Shown here in pieces: positions 54,538 through 64,000 of a stretch of 64,000 nt of DNA (positions within the stretch are counted from its first letter, which is position 1; every line of letters begins with the position of its first letter). The notes below the pieces were generated by a model. The model made no database searches. It had not been told where the DNA came from and worked only from the letters and a program-made list of their open reading frames with translations. The stretch covers positions 127,038,001 to 127,102,000 of the forward strand of contig OZ024740.1 in NCBI GenBank assembly GCA_964016885.1, in the 5' to 3' direction. A program made the position numbers and the translations under genes. This DNA comes from Eledone cirrhosa. Taxonomy: Eukaryota.

Positions 54538-55109
54538 ATTATTGTCTCAAGTTTTAACAAAATGTTTAATTCCAATATTAAGAAAAAATATGTCAACACA
54601 TATATTAAACATACACGACAAACGCATAGATACACAGATCAAACAAACGTATAATACTACAGTCTATTCAACAACACTCAGTAACGACAACGCCATCACT
54701 ATAGTCACCGCCGCCACCACTCCATCCATCATTGCCACCACTATCCCATCACCGCCGCCACCACTCCTTCATTGCTACCACCACTATTCCCCCATTACCT
54801 TCTGTTAACTTAAGAAAGGGGAAGGTGGCGGTATCACTAGACAAGGGAGAGGCTAGCAAAAGATATAAATAGATTGACTTAGTGACCCGGCCACCGGCCA
54901 AACGTCAACGACTATGGCACTGCTGGCTCCCACCTTCCCCACCAACAATAGAAAAAGCCCCAGCACCACCACCGACATAGCCAACAACAATAACAGGCAA
55001 CTTCAGCAAAAAGTATATTATATTATTAATAATTTCATTCTTAAGCCACGCAATGCTCACATTAAGGAACCACTCATGATAATAACAATTTAAAAAACAA
55101 CAAAAAAGA

Positions 55110-58100
55110 AAACTCTGTGACCAAGAAATACCGGGATGGCGGCCGGCGGAGAATAGCCGTGTCTCTAGGGGAGGACGACCCCTCTAGTCTTGGTTGACAC
55201 TCATCCTAGAAGTGGTAACACGAAATGATTACCTCTTGGCGGATAAGGATAAAATGCGACAAAATAAAGTAAATGTCTAATGATAAAATCTCATACCGGA
55301 TCGGCCGCCACCCGGGTCAAAAAGGGCCGCGTCCCTCAGAGAGGAACCAGACTGGGGTCGAAAAATCAGCTAATGGTTCAAACCTTCCCATCACTTCGGA
55401 GCTGGAGACCTCCCATAACCGGAATACTCCTACTGTTGGCCCTCCATGCTCACCACCAAGAAATCCAAAGAAAAAGAGAGAAAAATGGTCAAGGGAAGAT
55501 AATAAAGAAGACCTTGAGGCTTTCTACACTGCCATGTACTACCCATCAAATACATCGAATACAGAACAGACATATATCAACTGGAAAAAGAAACATCCCG
55601 AAAACAGAGGCTATATTTACAGTAACAAACTAGCCAATATACGAAGAAATATTGTAAAAATAAAGTTACTAACTGATATAGAAATTGATCAGATCACGCT
55701 ATTAGCACAAAGTCAGCGACGGGAAAATGAAACATGTGTCAGTGAAAACGAGGTAAATTGTAACACTTCGAATCCCAGGGTTGAGGCGGAATCACTGACA
55801 ACAGAACAAATTAAAGAAAGGATCGAAAAAGTGGAGGGAGTGCATGCTCAAGATGAAAATCCAAATGAAAACAATGAGATCGTAAATGATAAAGAAATGA
55901 ATGAGAATGAACTTGCCAACTTGAAGGATGAAATTATGATCGAATGGATGAAAATGAAATAATCTGACATGGGGGAACGAGACATCCTCCCTAAGATCCA
56001 GAACTCCAAACAGAACCAAAAGATAATACACAAGACTAACATAATTCTCAAAAACATTATCATCACAAACAAACTAAACATTACTGATTTAAATCATCTC
56101 TATTATGCATCGACTAAAGTCACCACTCACTTATGTGGAATGAAGATGAAAAAACAAAGGAATTCCCACAAAAAATCTACTTGGCAAGAGAACATCAATC
56201 GCCAAATAAACCTTCTCCGATCTGACATAGAAATTTTAACAAACTATAAAGTAGGTGAACATGTTAAACAAACTAAACTTAGAAAATTGAAAAGAAAGTA
56301 CAGTATAAAATCAACAAGTGACATAGACATGCTGATAGAAATAATCAAGCAAAAAGTGTCGGCCAAAGCTGCTCGTATAAGGCGCTTTGAAAAACGATCT
56401 AGATTCTATAAGGACAATAATATGTTCAAAAACAACCAAAGAAACTTCTACAGAAAAATTGGTAAGTCAACAATAACTGCTAAATCAATACCACCTAAGG
56501 AGGAAGTGCAAGAATTCTTGGAAAATATCTGGGCCGAAGAAAAAATTCATAATATACATGCCCCATGGATAGACAGACAAATGAAAGATACAGCTCACCT
56601 TGAGGAACAAATATGGGAAAATATAACAGTTGAACAGTTGCGTTTGGCTCTAAGAAAAACCGGCAAATGGAAATCCCCAGGAAAAGACAAAATACCAAAT
56701 TTTTGGATAAATGCCTTCACAGAGTCTCATGAGCTGTTAGCCCAACTTTACAATGAAATAGTTAAGGAGCCAGAAAAGATACCATCATGGCATTACATTC
56801 CTGCTTCCGAAGAATGATGAGACAAACAATCCCAAAAATTACAGACCGATAACTTGCTTGACCACAATGTATAACATTTTAACATCAGTCCTAATTGAAT
56901 ATACATATGACCACCTGATAACAAGTGACCTATTTCCCATTGAGCAGAAAGGGTGTAAACGAGGCTCATATGGCTGTAAGGATCAGCTTTTAGTTAACAA
57001 AATTATACTGGAAGATTGTCATAATAGATACAACAATCTATCAATTGCTTGGATAGATTATAAAAAAGCATTCGATAGTTTGCCACACAGTAGGATTGAA
57101 AAATGTTTAGAGATTTTCAAAATATCTACCGTTGTCAGGAGGTTTTTGTCATTCAGTATGAAGACATGGAAATTGACACTCCTTTTGAATAGTGAAACAA
57201 AATCACAGGAAGCTGGAGAAGTTAATATTAATTGTGGAATTTTTCAGGGTGAATCTTTATCACCGCTTTTATTCTGCATCGCACTTATACCATTAAGTAA
57301 AATGCTCAATGAAACAAAGCAGGGATATAAAGTCTATGACAAAACCATTAATCACTTGTTCTACATGGATGACCTGAAACTATTTGCAAAAAATGATGAA
57401 CAATTGCAAGGGCTATTATCCACTGTGGAGCAGTTCAGTGATGACATTAAAATGGAGTTTGGACTAGATAAATACGCCAAAGCAACGTTCACCAGAGGAA
57501 AGCTGCTGAAGAGTTCAGACATTAATCTTGATGGGGGGAATGTGATAAGAGAACTTGATCAAGAGGAAACTTACAAATATCTAGGTGTTTGTGAAGGAGA
57601 CGGAATCAAGCACTCGACAATGAGGGAAAGGATAAGGAAGGAATGTTACCGCAGAGTAAGAGCAATCTTAAGAACGGAATTGAATGCAAGGAATAGGATC
57701 GATGCCATAAACACGCTTGCCATACCAGTAGTAACCTACAGTTACAATGTCATCAACTGGTCAAGCACAGAGATCCGTAGGCTCGATACAAAAATTCGAA
57801 AATTCTTAACCATGCACAGAATGCATCACCCTAAGGCAGATACAGATAGAATATATCTCCCTAGGAAAGAAGGAGGACGTGGGTTAATCCAGTTAATCAT
57901 TGCGTTGAAAACTGCAACAATTGGATTATCTACATATCTAAGGGAATCACATGATTGGATGATCAAACTCGTTTTGAAACACGAAAGCATCAAAAGATCA
58001 TACTCCATTTTATGAGATGCACAAAGATACAGTAATGGACTACACATTTCAGAAGTCCCATTTACTGCTGAAATGGAAAACACAGAAAAAGCAAAGCAGG

Positions 58101-59080
58101 TAAAAGTAACTGCAAAGAAAGAACTGCTACAGAAACTGGCTAAGATATGGCAAGAAAAGCCCCTGTATGGAAAATACCCAGAACGAGCTAACAATCCTGA
58201 TGTTGACAATACTTTAACCCATCAGTGGTTGTCATCCTCTGCACTGAAATTGGAGACTGAAGGACTGATTATATCAGCACAAGTTCAGTGTCTGCCAACA
58301 AAAAATTACCAAGCCAACATAATAAAAAATGGATGCAGCCCATTATGCCGTGTATTTAAAACACAACCAGAGACCATTGACCATATAATTTCAATGTGCA
58401 GTCCTATAGGTCCAACCGAATACCTAAACAGGCATGACAGAGCTGCACAATACATACAGTGGATAATGTGAAAGAATTTTGACCTGCCTCATCAAAAGAA
58501 TTGGTGGGAGCATCAACCACCTCCCATACTTGAAAAAGATCACATCGCAATCTTGTGGAACTTTAGCATCCAAACAGACCGAAAAATAGATGCAAATAGA
58601 CCTGATATAATATTGAAGGACTTTAAAAAGAGGGAATGCCTGCTAATTGATATGTCCGTTCCAATAGACATGAATGTATCTATAAAAACATTTGAAAAAT
58701 TGAGCAAGTATAAGGACCTGGAGATAGAAATTGGAAAAATGTGGAAATTGAGAACTAAAACAATACCAGTGGTTGTGGGCGCTCTAGGAATGATACCTAA
58801 GGGGTCTAATGATTACTTATCGCAAATCCCAGGAGACCCGCGTATAGGAGAAATACAAAAGATAGTACTAATGGGAACTGCCCATATACTAAGGAAGATT
58901 CTGTCAATATAAGTACATCACAAGTCTAAACACCTAAAGATGCATGTGTGAGTATGTATGTTCTTTCTTGAACATGGCGGACCTTGTTGTCTCTTGAGGT
59001 CACTGGTTGTGACTTGGTGATAACTCGTATGAACATAAGGCAAGATAAATGCAACTGTAATAATAATAATAATAATAATA
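55110..59080 (+). mobile_element. R4/Dong-clade non-LTR retrotransposon, near full length, few lesions, (TAA)n tail
   Basis: ORF pieces span 55273-58912. Motifs: [46 protein letters not shown] and RPDII..DMSVP..EKLSKY (REL nuclease). Tail at 59058-59080. Confidence 0.93.
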
Positions 59081-59169
59081 AATTTGTTGCTACATATGTA
59101 CAAATACATATTTATGACAAAGTAAACTATAATTTTAGAACTAAGAAATAAAATGAAACAACCAACATT

Positions 59170-59410
59170 TAGAGGCTTATTGGATACTGGTAGTATCGGA
59201 AACGCAGCGTTGCGGCATAGAGTTAGGGCCCTTCACGTGCTGAATGTATATTAGTATTATTACGACCCTTTACGTTCTTAGTTCAATACCGATGAGATTA
59301 GTTTTGCCTCACATCCTTACGGGGTCGATACAATAAAGTACGAGTGGGATCAATTTAGCCTACTTTCCCCTCCCACAAAATTGCTGGCCATGTGCCTATA
59401 GTAGAAATCA
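59170..59410 (+). mobile_element. SINE family B long form, diverged
   Basis: ...CATCCTTACGGGGTCGATACAATAAAGTAC...TTGCTGGCCATGTGCCTATAGTAGAAATC(ATT)n. Confidence 0.75.
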
Positions 59411-59479
59411 TTATTATTAGATTGGCATATCGCTAGGGCGTCGGAAAACATGTTTTGTGGCGTACAGTTACGTAGGGAG

Positions 59480-60289
59480 AACTCATATGAGAATGTGTGC
59501 TGTTCCTAGTAGCTCAATCTTCTGTAGCTCATATTTGCAGATCTTGCAGGTAAGGACGCTGAAGTGCAAGTCTGATGGTTTGAGTATTAATACTAGAGTA
59601 CCTATTCACAAGTGATAGTGTTCGTCGCCATCATGCACATGCGGTTGATCTCTATTTCCTGCCTTTTTTAGTTTTACAGTTTTTCCATTGATTTAACAGA
59701 TGTATTCTTGCCACGTGGTACAGCAATATCTATAGGACTCTATGTGCGATGTGTTTTACTTTTTATGATGATGTCTGGTGTATTCGAAGATATTTCTCTG
59801 TTAGTTATCACAGACATATCTCACTAGATGGATATGTTGCCATTTTCCATGAGATTTTTTGGTTGATGATCATACCATACTTTAGAGTTTTGCATTCAGT
59901 GCACATATTTGCCAATGCAGTAGTGTATTTCTATATAATCAGTTTTGCCAACTCTAGACACCGGGGATAAGATGATCTACATTGTAGATCCTGTTATCCC
60001 CGGTGTCCAGAGCTGGTGTCGATTCTACAACATAGAAGAATAGTCCTCTCTGTCACTATTCTTTGTCTATATGCTCGAATGTTAAGAGATTCGTCTTGTG
60101 CAACAGCTAAGACTCCTTCAATCTCTTTTTTCAAACCAACGCCTCTGAGCCAGGATAGTGAACCATGCTGATCGACATCATTGTCAGAATGAAGTTCTAG
60201 AAATCATACCTTTCTTTATCGAGTGTCTCTCTGACACCCAGTGAAATTAAAGTCACTGTAAAGATTATATTGTGTGTACAGTTTAATGT

Positions 60290-60290
<1 letters not shown>
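59480..60290 (-). mobile_element. Decayed R4/Dong 3' fragment
   Basis: Minus-strand remnants ADVDQHGSLSWLRGVGLKKEIEG..AQDESL, VDHLIPG and LLGTAHIL. Confidence 0.65.
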
Positions 60291-60348
<58 letters not shown>

Positions 60349-60364
60349 AACACACACAAACACG

Positions 60365-60420
<56 letters not shown>

Positions 60421-60619
60421 CACACACACATACACATATATAAACATACACACACACATTCATATAGACATACGAATATATACACCCACATACATACGCA
60501 TACACACAAATAAACATACATACACACACATATATATATACACGCACAATCATATAGCAAACAATGATTCCATGCACACACACATTCATCCACACATACA
60601 CACATACATATATGGAGGG

Positions 60620-62250
60620 TCATCATTCTCGCAGGGATAGTGCTGGATTCAATACGTGTGCAATACCAGCTAAAACAATGTTTTGCACCTCTTGCAGAGA
60701 TAGTAAGCCAGGGATCATTGTCGGATACATTTTTCTTCTTTTTTTAAATCATTCTCAGTTCTTCGACAATGAATGATACTGTAACAGCCTTAAGTTGCCA
60801 ATTTCTTTCAATTTCAATGAGCAAGTCTTTATATTTACTTAGCTTGTCAAATTATTTTGCCACGATATTGTGATCACAAGGAATGCTCATATCAATTAAT
60901 AAACTATCTTTGTTATGTTGGTCTTTTACAATTAATATCCTATAAGCTTTTATGGTCCTGTCACTATGTACAAGAAGTCTCAAAGATTCGTTACGTTTTG
61001 TCCTTCATTTACAGCCTAAGGGTGATAATTGTAGCACTTGATGACTGTTTTGATTTTATAATGCCGACATATTAACCATATTAACAAGTGTAGATATTGG
61101 CCAACCTTGCCATGTCTAGATATGAACACTACTGGTGCTACTATTTACACAATGAGATTTAATGGTCCACTGTCAACGATTTTCAGCATCCAATCGTTTG
61201 TTGTTTCAATGTATAGGGCCAGTCCAATAGTGGTGGTCTTTTAGGTAATTTCAAATTTAATCAGGCCACAGCCTACTTGAGTTCTATTGGAAGTTAATAA
61301 TTTGCGAATTTTGGAGTCAATTCTTGTAATTTCAATTATATTCCAATTCAACACACCGAAGCTGTAAGTGACAACTGGAACTGCCATGGATATTATAGTT
61401 AACAACTTGTTATGCACATTTAGTTCTGATCTCAGAATTGCGCGTATTCTCCTATAATATTCCTTCCTTATCTTCTCTTTCATACTTGCATACTGCATGC
61501 CAGAGCTTTCATTAATTCCCAAGAATTTATAGGTTTGTTCCTGCTCAACTTTTTTTATGACTGTTTCAACATCTATTTTAACTGAGTTTGAGATGATAAG
61601 TTTCACTTTCTTCAAGATGGCCTTGGCACACATATTGAGTCCAAACTCTATCCTGATGTCATCACTAATAGTTATCACAGTCTGCAAAATGCCTTCAAGC
61701 TCGTCATTGTTTTTGCTATCTAACGTTAAGTTATCCATATAAAATAGTTGACTTATTTTCTACTTGTCAATTTTGTAACCATACGGTATCTGTTAAGTTT
61801 AGTTCGGTTTTGAGAGTTATTAAAGCTATGTAAACATTTAAAGGTAAAAGCCAGTCACCTTGGGAAATACCACAGTTGATGCTTATATTCTTACAACTTA
61901 GTACTCTATTGGAATGATGTAATTGGAGATTTGTGTTCCACAATGACATTATATTGCAGGAAGTTTGAAATTACAGATGAAATTTTGAAGATATCTAGTA
62001 TATTTCAGAATCCACGTTTGCGGTATCCTGGCAAAAGCTTTTTTTGTAATTGATCCATGTGGAACTGACATTTCTTGGGCTTGTTATGATAGTTCTCAAG
62101 GATCATACGATTAATCAAGAATTGATCTTTCCAACCTCGTCGACACACTGAAAATTATAATGAATTTCGTGTGTTAACTGGCTTACTATTATATACAGTG
62201 AATTTATTTGCCTTATAACGGAAGCAATACTGAAGGAAAAGGAAAAGCAA
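60620..62250 (-). mobile_element. Decayed 5'-truncated R4/Dong copy
   Basis: INCGISQGD, FYMDNL, EFGLNMCAK, RKEYYRRIRAIL and LIDMSIPCD..DKLSKYKDL. Confidence 0.85.
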
Positions 62251-62251
62251 T

Positions 62252-62252
62252 G

Positions 62253-62313
<61 letters not shown>
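62252..62313. repeat. (TAA)n microsatellite
   Basis: Direct sequence. Confidence 0.95.
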
Positions 62314-62314
<1 letters not shown>

Positions 62315-62869
62315 GAGGAGGAGGATGATACATGAGTTCGAATTAAATAAATATGGAAAATCGAATGAATATTCTCTTACTCTGACATAATATGAATAGT
62401 AGCGAAATATTCGTTTGTGTTCTGCGCTAACTTTCCTCAGGTACAATTTATTTCACATTTATATCAGTAGCATTTATCTAAAATCAACTTGTTGGATACT
62501 TTCTCTATTCTGAAATTAATATAAAGCAACTGCTTCTGGTTTTCAATAAGTCAAGAGGAGTTTAAATCCCCACATGTTAACAGCTGTCATTAATACTTTC
62601 TTTATGTAAACTTGTTTAAATGGATATTTTATAAGAAACTAAAAACAATTGAAAATGAGGAAATTGCCACCTTCATCAGTTATAGAAAACATTAAGGCGT
62701 AGGTTATGTATACGTCATGATAAAGTGTTTTTTTTCTACAGTGAATATTAACATATTAATCGCAACTTCCGAACCAGTAATGTTGAGCTTGCAACAAAAA
62801 ACGTATCCCCTCTGTGCACAAGGCATACATGGGGACAAAACGACTCGTTATAATACGAAAGAATATTAT

Positions 62870-63048
62870 TGGATTGGCAGTATCGGTAGAGGGTCGGACG
62901 CCTTGCTTTCCAGCATAGTTACGTCCCTTTACGATCTGAGTTCAAATCCCGCCGAGGTTGACTTTGCCTTTCATCCTTACGGGGTCGATAAAATAAAGTA
63001 CCAGTAATGCACTGGGTAATTGCTGGCCTTATGCCTAAAGTAGAAACA
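62870..63048 (+). mobile_element. SINE family B short form
   Basis: GGATTGGCAGTATCGGTAGAG...GAGTTCAAATCCCGCC...GTAGAAACA, with ATTATT on both sides. Confidence 0.9.
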
Positions 63049-63148
63049 ATTATTTTAAAATCAAACTAACAGCAATGATATTCTAAAGTATTTTATGTAG
63101 ATTGCATTTCGCCACAGCTGACTAAATGAATCGTGGAATGCCTATATG

Positions 63149-63176
<28 letters not shown>

Positions 63177-63182
<6 letters not shown>

Positions 63183-63539
63183 TTCGGTGACAACCATCTT
63201 TGTCTGTGACCTCTTCATGATTCCAGTTCCTCAGTGAAATAACAACCCAACCAGGAACTGGGCATATCAGAGTATTGACAAAGTTAAACAGCTCAACAAC
63301 ATGTGTACTCGTCTCTACCACACTAATTCGGACTGCCTGAAGAGGTCACAGCCAAAGATGGTTGTCACCGAAATATATATAGCAGTAATAAACGAAGCCA
63401 AATTTAAAACATTTGACTTATTTATTTTAGTTTATTTTACATTACTCCGGAGTAACCAAACCAACCTGCGCACCACGTCGAGTGCTCCAATCTGCATACT
63501 GATGTGTTGTTATACAACCAACATATACTAAAAAAACAA

Positions 63540-63543
<4 letters not shown>
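63177..63543 (+). mobile_element. Miniature PLE-like insertion with 41-bp inverted arm (PLE-7) in (TA)n
   Basis: 63177-63217 is the reverse complement of 63338-63378. Contains a hammerhead and is flanked by (TA)n. Confidence 0.65.
63332..63386 (+). ncRNA. Type-I hammerhead ribozyme
   Basis: ACTGC-[CTGAAGA]-GGT-C-ACAGCC-AAAGAT-GGTTGT-C-ACC-[GAAA]-TATATA-TA^GCAGT. Confidence 0.82.
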
Positions 63544-63582
<39 letters not shown>

Positions 63583-63583
63583 A

Positions 63584-63618
<35 letters not shown>

Positions 63619-64000
63619 CTCTATATATATATATATATATACTCTATATATATATATATATATAGTTTATATAACATTTTTATACACTTGAGATGTATGT
63701 GTGACATCAGGTGTTAGGGTTCCGTGTATGGCCACCACTGTATATAGTCGAGCCTTTCTAAAATTGGCTTTTCTTCTCAGGCGCAAGGATAAATTTAAAG
63801 AAAGATCTATACGATACGGGTGATGCTCAGAATTCCTGAATAGATCCATTCAAAAATAAATGTGACATACACCCCCCCACCCCACCCCACCCCACCCCAC
63901 CCCACCCCTCGCCCAAAAAAACCAGAACACTCTCTTATAACATTATATCACTATATGTACAGAGAGATGCATGCAATTTGCTTTGATTCGGAGTGTACGT

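Noticed and set aside
55290-55385. HDV-like ribozyme at the R4 5' end (GAACCA...GCTAATGGTTC)
   Set aside because: P2 and J4/2-like pieces are present, but no L3 UCC, P1' or P1.1 could be fitted.

Overview
This is AT-rich, microsatellite-dense animal genomic DNA with no supportable host gene. The tRNA-derived SINEs look like octopus/cephalopod families (from recall, not a database search). Almost everything is transposable-element derived. There is an IR/DR Tc1 DNA transposon, four R4/Dong-like (RT + restriction-like endonuclease) LINE copies, and a near full-length Tx1/L1-clade LINE sitting in an (ATT)n tract plus a decayed relative. There are three RTE-clade remnants, about 13 SINE copies, and at least seven Penelope-like element (PLE) insertions. 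The most striking system is the PLEs. Six of the seven show the same layout: a 5'-truncated body preceded by an inverted copy of its own 3' end, with arms from 24 bp to about 4.3 kb, the largest forming a 10.3-kb near-palindrome. Each PLE has a type-I hammerhead ribozyme motif near its 3' end on the sense strand. Several hammerheads are atypical: stem II is expanded to about 55-115 nt, cores are U3-A8 or C4 variants, and stem III is self-complementary. Some lie kilobases downstream of the ORF, so microsatellite-like DNA is carried inside the element. Also notable are a 3'-terminal motif shared between the Tx1 LINE and the main SINE family, and a 34-bp TATA-containing motif upstream of two divergent R4 elements. 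Most ORFs in the supplied track are microsatellite translations.
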